From Macrostomum lignano (lineage: Eukaryota), in assembly GCA_002269645.1 (NCBI GenBank), contig NIVC01001658.1:62001-126000 (forward strand): DNA of 64,000 nucleotides. Reading direction: 5' to 3'. The position numbers and the translations under genes are program-made. Position 1 is the first letter of the stretch, and every line of letters starts with the position of its first letter. The notes under the pieces were generated by a model. The model ran no database searches. It was not told where the DNA came from and was given only the letters and a program-made list of their open reading frames with translations. This document shows positions 13,001-25,015 of the stretch, piece after piece.

Positions 13001-16000
13001 ATAGTGCGCTAGGATTATTTTTGAATCTCCCTGTCGCTTCTTTTGACCTGTCTGCGCGCATTGATTTTTGTCTTCTTTGCCTTCTCTCTGTAGTTCGTTG
13101 GCTTGCTTATTCTGCCTCTCTAAGCTGCTTCTGCTAGCTTCCTAAGAGTCATAAGACCTGCTTGCCTGTCTGTGCGTTTGTCTTGGTTGTGTCTAAGTGT
13201 CTGCCTTAGTGTCTGTCTATGCGTCAAAGTGTCACTCTAAGTGTCTGTCTCAGTGTGTCTTAGTTTCTGTCTTAGCGTGTATCTTAGTGTCTGTGCTAGT
13301 GTGTCGTAGTGTCTGTCTTAGTGTCTGTCTTAGTGTCTGTCTTAGTGTCTGTCTTAGTGTCTGTCTTAGTGTCTGTCTTAGTGTCTGTCCTAGTGTGTCT
13401 TGGTTGTCTGTCTAAGTGTATGTCTTAGTGTCTGTCCTAGTGTGTCTTAGTGTCAGTTATAGTGTCTGTCTTAGTGTCTGTCTTAGTGTCTGTCCTAGTG
13501 TCTGTTTAGTGTCTGTCTTAGTGTCTGTCTTAGTGTCTGTCCTAGTGTCTGTCCTAGTGTCTGTCCTAGTGTCTGTCTTAGTGTCTGTCTTAGTGTCTGT
13601 CCTAGTGTGTCTTAGTGTGTCTTAGTGTCTGTCCTAGTGTCTGTCTTAGTGTCTGTCCTAGTGTCTGTCCTAGTGTCTGTCCTAGTGTCTGTCTTAGTGT
13701 CTGTCTTAGTGTCTGTCCTAGTGTGTCTTAGTGTGTCTTAGTGTCTGTCCTAGTGTCTGTCTTAGTGTCTGTCTTAGTGTCTGTCTTAGTGTCTGTTTAG
13801 TGTCTGTCTTAGTGTGTCTTAGTATCTGTCTTAGTGTCTGTCTTAGTGTCTGTCTTAGTTTCTTAGTGTCTGTCTTAGTGTCTGTCCTAGTGTCTGTCCT
13901 AGTGTCTGTCCTAGTGTCTGTCTTAGTGTCTGTCCTAGTGTCTGTCTTAGTGTCTGTCCTAGTGTGTCTTAGTGTCTGTCTTAGTATCTGTCCTAGTGTC
14001 TGTCTTAGGGTCTGTCTTAGTGTGGGTCTGAATGTCTGTCTTAGTGTGGGTCTGAATGTCTGTCTTAGTGTATGTCTGAGTGTGTCTTGCTGTGTGTCTA
14101 TTGTCTTAGTGTGTCATTGGTGCTTGAAAGTGTTTTATTACTCTATGAAGTGCTAAATCTTCTGTTTGTTAACGCTGAGAAGTTCTGGGAATTTCTTCCA
14201 AAAATGCTTTCAGGAATGTCTGTCCGCTTATTTTGTTTCTAATTTAGTCCTCTGTCTGCGTTTTCGTCTACAGTTGTGCTTGACGGTGCCACTTCAGAGG
14301 ACATCAAAGGGTTTTTAGCAGATGTCGTTGAGCCTTTGCAGTGCTGAAGTTTTATAAGAAAAAAAAGGTTGCACAAGAAATTTTTGTATCGCATTTGCGA
14401 AACACCTGATGATTTTTGCAGTTATTTTACCAATCATTCATCTTAATAAGCGTCCCATTCGTTTATTGTTTTTACATCGTTTTTTTCTTCACTTTTTTAC
14501 AGCTCGACAATTTAGACGAGCAGGCTGCTCAAGTCAGACGAGAACTCGACGGTCGACTAACCATGTACGAGGACATGGTTAAGGTGAGATTAAGGGTGCA
14601 CTTCAGTTTTATCAAATTATTAAAATTGGGTTATTGTAGTTTCGGTGGCAACATCAAAGGATTTAAATTTTTGGGTTATCAGGGCCGTTACAGAACCGGC
14701 GGCAACATCAAAGGATTTTAATTTTTGCCTTATCAGGGCCGTTACAGAACCGGCGGCAACATCAAAGGATTTAAATTTTTGGGTTATCAGGGCCGTTACA
14801 GAACCGGCGGCAACATCAAAGGATTTTACTTTGCCTTATCAGGGCCGTTACAGAACCGGCGGCAACATCAAAGGATTTTAATTTTGGGTTATCAGGGCCA
14901 TTGCAGAGCCGGTGGAAATTTCAAAGGACTTTTAATTTTTGGGTTATCAGGGCCATTACAGAGCCGGTGGCAACTTCAAAGGATTTTAAATTTTTGGGTT
15001 TTCAGGGCCATTACAGAGCCGGCGGCAACTTCAAAGGATTTTTACATTTTGGGTTATCAGGACTTTTGTAGTGTTGGAAGAATTAAAGTATTTTTAATGT
15101 TTTTGATTTGCAGAACCGAAAATTTCCCAAGTTCGTCGTTAAAGACATGGAGCCACTCTATTACGAGGAGGTGAAATCCGCAATAAACCTTCTAATGACC
15201 AACCTGGAGAGTGTGCCGGTAACCAAGGGCAACCAGGACACCAAACTGATTGGTCAAAAGCCAAAGAAGCACCAGAAAGGCGCATCTAGCGGCCAGGGGG
15301 ACGCTGATGTGGACACCAGCTTCTCTCGGAGTAGCATTCATCTGAACTTCTCTATTGAGGTTTGCTATTGTTTTTCTGATCTGATTGGGCGCCATCTTTA
15401 CTGATTGAGGCGCCAACTTCACTGATTGAGGCGCCAACTTCATTGATTGAGGCGCCAACTTCACTGATTTGGGCGCCAACTTCACTGATTAAGGTGCCAA
15501 CTTCACTGATTGAGGCGCCAACTTTATTGATTTGGGCGCCAACTTCACTGATTGGGGTGTCAACTTCACTGTTTTTGGCGCCAACTTCACTGATTGAAGC
15601 GCCAACTTCATTGATTTGGGCGCCAACTTCACTGATTGGGGTGTCAACTTCACTGTTTTTGGCGCCAACTTCACTGATTGAAGCGCCATCTTCACTGATT
15701 GAGGCGCCAACTTTATTGATTTGGGCGCCAAATTCACTGTTTGGGGCGCCAAATTTATTAATTGCATCATATGAAACTATATTTATCTACTTCCATACAT
15801 TGCGAAGGTCTTGTTGAACACTAAAGACAAACATGGGCATGCGAGTACACCAGGAAGCTATAAGGGTACTTGCCTGCACTCGCGCGACTTTTCTTGCAAA
15901 AGAAGAGAGAACGCCGAGCTTTGCTTGTAACACCCACCCCTAGCCCCGCAAGAAGCCTGCTGCAGGTTGCTTTTTGACCAAAAATTCATCAATCATCGCT

Positions 16001-19000
16001 CTTTCTTCTCTACCCTTCTCTCTCTCTCTCGTCTGTCTTGAAACTTGAAATTCTTTGATCTACAGGCTAGAACGATTTGCATGCTAGCATATTTCTTTTG
16101 CTTCAAGCTACGACTTCTCAACTTTAATTTTCCATTTTCTTATTTGTGCTTTTTTTCTCCGCATGTCTTTACTGCGTTTCATTTTCTTTTGATGTTGATT
16201 TTGTCTTTCTATGATTGGCTAGATTCTATTATGTCTATCTTTAATTTTCCTTGCCATTGCTTTTCGCATCTCAACATCCCTCATCTCCCATCCCTCATCT
16301 CCGATCCCTCATCTCCCATCCCTCATCTCCCATCCCTCATCTCCGATCCCTCATCTCCCATCCCTCATCTCCGATCCCTCATCTCCCATCCCTCATCTCC
16401 GATCCCTCATCTCCCATCCCTCATCTCCCATCCCTCATCTCCGATCCCTCATCTCCCATCCCTCATCTCCCATCCCTCATCTCCGATCCCTCATCTCCCA
16501 TCCCTCATCTCCGATCCCTCATCTCCCATCCCTCATCTCCGATCCCTCATCTCCCATCCCTCATCTCCCATCCCTCATCTCCGATCCCTCATCTCCCATC
16601 CCTCATCTCCGATCCCTCATCTCCGATCCCTCATCTCCCATCCCTCATCTCCGATCCTTCATCTCCCATCCCTCATCTCCGATCCCTCATCTCCCATCCC
16701 TCATCTCCGATCCCTCATCTCCCATCCCTCATCTCCCATCCCTCATCTCCCATCCCTCATCTCTCCATCCCTCATCTCCCATCCCTCATCTCCCCATCCC
16801 TCATCTCTCCATCCCTCATCTCCCCATCCCTCATCTCCCATCCCTCATCTCCCATCCCTCATCTCCCATCCCTCATCTCCCATCCCTCATCTCCGATCCC
16901 TCATCTCCCATCCCTCATCTCCGATCCCTCATCTCCCATCCCTCATCTCCCCATCCCTCATCTCCCATCCCTCATCTCCCATCCCTCATCTCCCATCCCT
17001 CATCTCCCATCCCTCATCTCCCATCCCTCATCTCCCATCCCTCATCTCCCATCCCTCATCTCCCATCCCTCATCTCCCCATCCCTCATCTCCGATCCCTC
17101 ACCTCCTATCCCTCATCTCCGATCCCTCATCTCCCATCCCTCATCTCCCCATCCCTCATCTCCCATCCCTCATCTCCCATCCCTCATCTCTCCATCCCTC
17201 ATCTCCCATCCCTCATCTCCCATCCCTCATCTCCCATCCCTCATCTCTCCATCCCTCATCTCCCATCCCTCATCTCCCATCCCTCATCTCCCATCCCTCA
17301 TCTCTCCATCCCTCATCTCCCATCCCTCATCTCACCATCCCTCATCTCCCATCCCTCATCTCCCATCCCTCATCTCCCCATCCCTCATCTCCCATCCCTC
17401 ATCTCCCATCCCTCATCTCCCATCCCTCATCTCCCATCCCTCATCTCCCATCCCTCATCTCCCATCCCTCATCTCCGATCCCTCATCTCCCATCCCTCAT
17501 CTCCGATCCCTCATCTCCCATCCCTCATCTCCCCATCCCTCATCTCCCATCCCTCATCTCCCATCCCTCATCTCCCATCCCTCATCTCCCATCCCTCATC
17601 TCCCATCCCTCATCTCCCATCCCTCATCTCTCCATCCCTCATCTCCCATCCCTCATCTCCCATCCCTCATCTCTCATCCCTTATTTCTCATTCCTCAAAT
17701 TGTTGAAATATATACACGAAATGTTAGCACCACACGTATGATTATCAGTTTAAATGTAAAGGGCGGGTTTATTTAAAAATTTACATTAAAGCATCAGGGC
17801 AAATAGAAAGGCCTTAAGGCTGCATTTAAACTGGCCCGCTAGACGGCAAGGGAGAGTTTTGCTGAATATCGATTTTGCATAATGTCGCTGTTCGGCTAGA
17901 AAAAATCGAAAAAAATAGATAGGTTATTTCCTGAAATTCCTTCCTTCAGCAAAATGCCGGCAGAGATGGCCGCAGTGTAGACTTTTCCTCCGAATTCCAA
18001 ATTAATTCGTTTTCCGCTTTATCCTCTGTTTACAGCAGATTTTGATAAGCTTGAAATGACTCTAATGCATACAGTGTTTAAATGGCGGAGTTATCTGTTA
18101 GTTAAATAAAAGTACATCTGTCTGGTGGAATTCGGAGTTTAAAATAATAATGATATAATGTAATAAAGTACAATGGTAAGCATCGTTAAATCTGCGCAAT
18201 AACTGAGACAGGGGCGCCAAATTTAAGATCGAGGCGCCAATTTAAGATCGAGGCGCCAAATTTAAGATCAAGGCGCCAAATTTAAGATCGAGGCGCCAAA
18301 TTTAAGATCGAGACGCCAAATTTAGGATTGAGGCGCCAAATTTAGGATCGAGGCGCCAAATTAAAGATCGAGGCGCCAAATTTAAGATCAAGGCGCCAAA
18401 TTTAAGATCAAAGCGCCAAATTTGAGATCAAGGCGCTAAACTTGAGATTGAGGCGCTAAATTGAAGATTATGGCGCCAAATTTGAGGGTAAGGCGCCATG
18501 CCGCCAAATTTGAGGTTGAGACGCCAAATTTGAGGTTGAGACGCCAAATTTGAGGTTGAGACGCCAAATTTGAGGTTGAGACGCCAAATTTGAGGTTGAG
18601 ACGCCAAATTTGAGATCGAGGCGCCAAATTTGAAATCGAGGCGCCAAACTTGAGATCAAGGTGCAAAAATTGTGATTGAGGCGCCAACTTCGAGTTTAAG
18701 GCGCTAAATTTGAGGTTGAGGCGCCAAATTGTAGATTGAGGCGCTAAATTTTAAATCAAGGCGCCAAATTTAAGATTAAGGCGCCAAATTTAAGATCAAG
18801 GCGCCAAATTTAAGATTGAGGCGCTAACTTTAAAATAGGGGTGCCCGATCTAAATTATAAAATAAGGCGCCAACTCGGTAAGAACAACTTTAGGTGATTA
18901 CAGATTGCCACCCTAAACCCGCTCTTTCTACTCGCTCAAGGTTGTGGTCTCCGAGGTGAAGAATTTGAAATGCGTGCCCGGCAACCGCATCGTCTACTGC

Positions 19001-22000
19001 ACTATGGAGGTGGAGGGCGGCGAGAAACTGCAAACTGATCAAGCTGAGGCCTCCAGACCCATGTGGGACACGCAGGGCGATTTTTCAACATCGCATCCGT
19101 TGCCAATTGTTAAAGTGAAACTGTTCGCCGAGAATGCCAGAATGTTGAGCTTTGAGGATCGCGAATTGGGCAAGGTGAGGAGGTTTAAGGCGCAGTATTA
19201 CGGATTTTTGAGAGGATGAACGAAATGTAAAGGATTAGAGGGATGTACTTTAAAGTATGTTTGGTAGGAATAATTTGATATACTGTCAAAGAGATTCTAA
19301 GAGGTTTCTAAGAGGATCACTCTCAAACAGATAAAAGTTATTCTCAAAAAAGTGGTTAAGGATTTTCTCAGGGATTATTGATCTTCTCAGAGGGATAACA
19401 TACTCGTATTTTTCGAATGGATTAAAAGTGTTCTCAACGGTGTTAAGGATGTTCTTAGTAAGATAAAGGGTGTTTTCGACGGGATTAATGGTGTTCTTAA
19501 AGTGTCAAGGATGTTCTGAACGGGATTAAGGATGTTTTTAAAGGAATTAAGAGTGTTCTCAACGGGATTAAAGGTGTTCTCAAAGGGATTAAAGGTGTTC
19601 TCAAAGGAATTAAGGGTGTTCTCAACGCGATTAAAGGTGTTCTCAACGCGATTAAAGGTGTTCTCAAAGGAATTAAGGGTGTTCTCAACGGGATTAAAGG
19701 TGTTCTCAACGCGATTAAAGGTGTTCTCAAAGGAATTAAGGGTGTTCTCAACGCGATTAAAGGTGTTCTCAACGCGATTAAAGGTGTTCTCAACGCGATT
19801 AAAGGTGTTCTCAAAGGAATTAAGGGTGTTCTCAACGGGATTAAAGGTGTTCTCAACGCGATTAAAGGTGTTCTCAAAGGAATTAAGGGTGTTCTCAACG
19901 CGATTAAAGGTGTTCTCAACGCGATTAAAGGTGTTCTCAAAGGAATTAAGGGTGTTCTCAACGGGATTAAAGGTGTTCTCAATGGGATTAAAGGTGTTCT
20001 CAATGGGATAAAAGGTGTTCTCAACGGGATTAAAGGTGTTCTCAAAGGAATTAATGGTACTTTAAAAGTATTAGGTGGTTGTGGAATAAAATGTTTATGG
20101 AATTTTAAATGGAATAAAGTGTTTTATAGGAGATTACATGCGTTTTAGAAGCATTGACAGATGCTACATTGTAATTAGAATGTACTTATAACTTGCATCA
20201 ATGATTAAGCGCGGCCTGATAAATGAATCGCGGCCACTTGTTTATCTGACTCTCCCCCGCCGCAGGTGCTGATCAGGCCCACCTGCACCACGGCAAAGGG
20301 TCCCGAGTGGTACCGCATGACCACCAGCAAAGGCTGCCCGGATGATTTGCGCATCAAAATTGTTGTTCGAATGGAGAAGCCATCAAATTTGAAGCACTGC
20401 GGCTGGCTGTGGGCCGTGGGAAAATCTGTGTTTAAGAAGTGGAAAAAGCGCTACATGTGTCTCATTCAGGTAATGCGCTTGCCTTGGTAATGTATTGGTG
20501 TCTCAATTATAGTACACGTAAAATGGTTGTTGAGCTGTGGATATTGTGGTGCGTGTAACATTATATAACCATTACGGTATACAATGATCTATCATTGTTT
20601 CTGATTTGTACTGTGTACAGTGCTTTTATCTGTGTATTTACCTTTGATATTGTGCGTGTATGGTGTACAGTACTTTAATGTGTTAACTAACTTTTGAAAT
20701 ATGAAATAATTACAGTAGTTACATAGAAAAGATTGTAATGTAAACTGTACAATATACTGTAAACTGTACACTATAATGTAAACTGTACACTATAATGTAA
20801 ACTGTACACTATAATGTAAACTGTACACTATAATGTAAACTGTACACTATAATGTAAACTGTACACTATAATTTCAACTGTACACTATAATGTAAACTGT
20901 ACACTATAATGTAAACTGTACACTATAATGTCAACTGTACACTATAATGTAAACTGTACACTATAATGTAAACTGTACACTATAATGTAAACTGTATGCA
21001 AAGTGTTACTAATTTATAATGCATATATAATGTGCTAGTTAAACAATTACTACTGAGCAGCTAAATTTCAACAAACTCATTTGTTTATCTTCACCCAAAG
21101 GAGATGAAAAAAACAGTTTCTTAGCAAACTTAACTGGTAAGATTCCATATCTATAATTATCTTCATTGACTTTTAATTAATGGTTTAACATGTTTCCTTT
21201 GTATTATTGATAAACTAGATGAATGAATGCTTTTTGTTAAACTTTTTTCATTGCACTTCGAGCGGAACGTTGACTTTGGTAGATTTAACACAACTTTTGA
21301 ATATGAGAAATCATTTATAATTGCAAATAGCCCGTAAACTGATTGCGTATAGGACAATCTGAACTTTAATTATTAATTTTTATAAAATTTGATATCAAAA
21401 CTGCAGCATGCACTACTGTTCTATGATTGAAGATCATTTTTGCACGTGTAGCCACTATTAATAAATGAATCTTTCTCTCACATTGCAACAAATTTTTTAA
21501 TTAGTAAAACTTTTTCATTAGTTTGCATTGCATCATTCTGAAAATGGTAATTTAAAATTGCTCTTGTACATGCTAAATTCTATTTGTAAACTTAGACAAC
21601 TTATTATTTTATACAATTTTTTGCCAACAATTTTGTTCGGTCTTTAGTAGCATTTATTAATTGATTCCTTTAATTTTTAATAGATAGAAGAGCTGGAAGA
21701 AAATATTCGATTTTTGTTACTATTATGCGCTATAAGTAGTATGGCTAGAATCTTACGCTGATATTTAAAATAAGTGAAACTAGAGGTTTCGTATCGTGTT
21801 TGTCAACTGAGCGCCGAAATTTTAACATCTTTCTTAGAAAGGGCGATTTTTGGCTCCAAAATAGCATACTTTCAGGTTAGCGCCAAAACTGTATAGCGTC
21901 AGGCTGGCGCCAAAACTGTATGGCGTCAAGTTGGCGCTAAAACAGCATAACTTCAGATTAGCGCCAAAACATTGTACTCGTAGCGTCAGGCTAACGCCAA

Positions 22001-24191
22001 AACAGCATAGCGTCAGGCTGGCGCCAAAACATTTTAGCGTCAGGTTGGCGCCAAAACATTTTAGCATCAGGCTGGCGCCGAAAAGGTGTAGCGTCAGGTT
22101 GGCGCCAAAATGTTATAGAGTCAGGTAGGCGCCAAAACAGTATACATGTAGTGTCAGGTTGGCGCCAAACAGTAGTATACATGTAGTGTCAGACTGGCGC
22201 CAAAACTTACTAGTCAGATTGGCGCCAAAACTTACTAGTCAGATTGGCGCCAAAACTTACTAGTCAGATTGGCGCCAAAACTTACTAGTCAGATTGGCGC
22301 CAAAACTTACTAGTCAGATTGGCGCCAAAACTTACTAGTCAGATTGGCGCCAAAACTTACTAGTCAGATTGGCGCCAAAACTTACTAGTCAGATTGGCGC
22401 CAAAACTTACTAGTCAGATTGGCGCCAAAACTTACTAGTCAGATTGGCGCCAAAGTTATAGTATCAGATTAGCGCTAAAATAGTGTAGTTTTTTATTATT
22501 CTGCACCAAAAGCAGAATTTCAATGCCCGACTGTCTTTAACTCGCCAGTTCGAATTTCTCAACCCCTCTGCAGGTCAGTCAGTACAATTTCGTCATGGCA
22601 TCGTTTCGAGAGAAGAAATCCGAACCCATGGAGGTGACCAGCCTCGGCGACTACACCGTTGACTACCTGATCGAGACTCCACCTGAGCTGCTGGCCGAAG
22701 CTGCCAGCGGTAAATTCTGCTTCTTCAACACCGTACGAGAGGGAGATTGCGTCACCTACGCTAGCGAAGACGACACGGACAGGCAGTTGTGGGTGCAAGC
22801 AATCTACAGAGCTACTGGCCAGACTCACAAGCCTGTAGCTCCATCGCAACCGGCTGCTCAGAGGATCTCCAGCACCCAGATGCACAAGATGGCTGGCGAA
22901 GCTGATAAGGCGAAGCGAGCCGGTCTGGAGGAGTTCCTGCACGCTGATCCATGCCAGTGCGATCATGTGGCGCTGTTCCGCAGGCTGCAGGTTCTCACGT
23001 TAGACTATCGATTGAACGATCCTTACACTAGTCTTGGTTGGTTTAGTCCCGGTCAAGTCTTTGTCCTAGACGAGTACTGCGCCAGGTACGGAGTTCGAGG
23101 CTGCCAGCGTCACGTGTTCTACATGGAAGATTTGTTAAACGCCGCCGATAAAGGATTTATGATTGATCCGACTTTGATTCATTATAGCTTCGCGTTCTGC
23201 GCCTCCCACGTGCATGGCAATCGGTTAGTTATGTATATATTATGCTTGCTAACTACTGTCAGTAGCTGTCTAGGGCGGCAATTCGGCCAAGTTTACATCT
23301 GTGGCGCCAAACTCACCTCTGTGGCGCCCAAGTTCTCCTCTTTAGCGCCAAACTCACCTCTGTGGCGCCAAATTTACATCTGTGGCGCCAAACTCACCTC
23401 TGTGGCGCCAAACTCGCCTCTGTGGCACCAACTTCTCTTTAGCGCTAAACTCACCTCTGTGGCGCCAAATTTACATCTGTGGCGCCAAACTCACCTCTGT
23501 GGCGCCAAATTTGCCTCTCTGTCGCCGAATTTATCTTTGTGGCGCTAAATTTACCTCTTTGGCGCCGAATTAAACTCTGTAGTGCCAAGTTCTCCTCTCT
23601 GCCAAGTTCTTCTCTGTGGCGCCAAAAACACTTATGCGGCGCTAAATAAACCTGAGGGACACTAAACTCACCTAAGGGCGCCAAAGTCACCCGAGAGGCG
23701 CCAAATTATCTGAAGTTCTCTAATGAAACGGCAAAAAGCAGACTGATAAAACAAATCCAATTTCAAATTTTAGCCCGGACGGCATTGGCACGGTCCTCTA
23801 CGACGAACGAGTTCGATTCGAAGATGTCAAACGACGCCTAAAAGAGTTGTTGATGCGACAAATCACCGAATTCCGATATTATTTTCCTTTCGGCCGACCG
23901 GAGGGCGCGCTCAAAGGGACTTTGTCGCTGTTGGAAAGGGTGATTAACTGGGCTTGTTTTTTTATATAGCAAGTCTGCCGATATGTATCGAAAAATATCT
24001 TTATCAATGTACATTTTTTAAAAACTAATACTAATACAAACAGGTGCTGATGAAGGACATTGTTACTCCGGTGGACGCCGACGAAGTGCGGAAAGTTGTG
24101 CGCAGCTGTCTTGAAGAGGCGGCCAGATTGAATTACAGCAGGATTGCCGACTTCTCCAATATTGAAGGTCTGTCTGTCTGTCTATCTGTCC

Positions 24192-24232
<41 letters not shown>

Positions 24233-24280
24233 CCTGTGTGTGTGTGTGTCTGTCTGTCTGTCTTTCTGTCTGTCTGTCTA

Positions 24281-24339
<59 letters not shown>

Positions 24340-24340
24340 T

Positions 24341-24381
<41 letters not shown>

Positions 24382-24433
24382 CTGTGTGTGTGTGTCTGTC
24401 TGTCTGTCTTTCTGTCTGTCTGTCTATCTGTCC

Positions 24434-24488
<55 letters not shown>

Positions 24489-24576
24489 CGTATGTCTGTG
24501 TGTGTCTGTCTGTGTGTGTCTGTCTGTCTGTGTGTGTGTGTGTGTCTGTCTGTCTTTCTGTCTGTCTGTCTGTCTA

Positions 24577-24617
<41 letters not shown>

Positions 24618-24664
24618 GTCGGTCTGTCTGTCTGTCTGTTTGTCTATCCGTCTGTCTGTGTGTT

Positions 24665-24733
<69 letters not shown>

Positions 24734-24790
24734 CTGTGTGTGTCTGTCTGTCTGTGTGTGTGCGTGTCTGTCTTTCTGTCTGTCTGTCTA

Positions 24791-24843
<53 letters not shown>

Positions 24844-24847
24844 GTCG

Positions 24848-24889
<42 letters not shown>

Positions 24890-24892
24890 TTA

Positions 24893-24933
<41 letters not shown>

Positions 24934-24934
24934 A

Positions 24935-24969
<35 letters not shown>

Positions 24970-24970
24970 A

Positions 24971-25015
<45 letters not shown>

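Noticed and set aside
11780-13150. GC-richer intronic block that looks like a TE remnant
   Set aside because: My partial minus-strand translation gave frequent stops and no RT, endonuclease or transposase motif, and I found no termini, so it cannot be called without a database search.
14274-14345. Exon-like segment after a good acceptor ([24 protein letters not shown])
   Set aside because: Wrong phase for the flanking CAPS exons, ends in a stop, and resembles degenerate copies of the nearby 54-bp repeat.
16045-17741. 553-aa and 496-aa Pro/His/Ser/Leu ORFs
   Set aside because: The pyrimidine-rich 14/15-bp repeat cannot readily form stop codons; no coding flanks.
17815-18140. Possible diverged MITE (11-bp inverted match CTCCGAATTCC / GGAATTCGGAG)
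   Set aside because: The match is too short, and termini and TSD could not be defined.
21850-22200. CRISPR-like look: constant CAGGTTGGCGCCAAAA with variable intervening sequence
   Set aside because: The spacers are short and homologous to one another, the array grades into a perfect 25-bp tandem, there are no cas genes, and it lies in a eukaryotic intron.
22572-22580. AG|GTCAGT at the start of exon 7, resembling a recursive splice site
   Set aside because: Explained by the conserved protein sequence Q|VSQY at a phase-0 proto-splice site; the upstream intron is only 2.1 kb.
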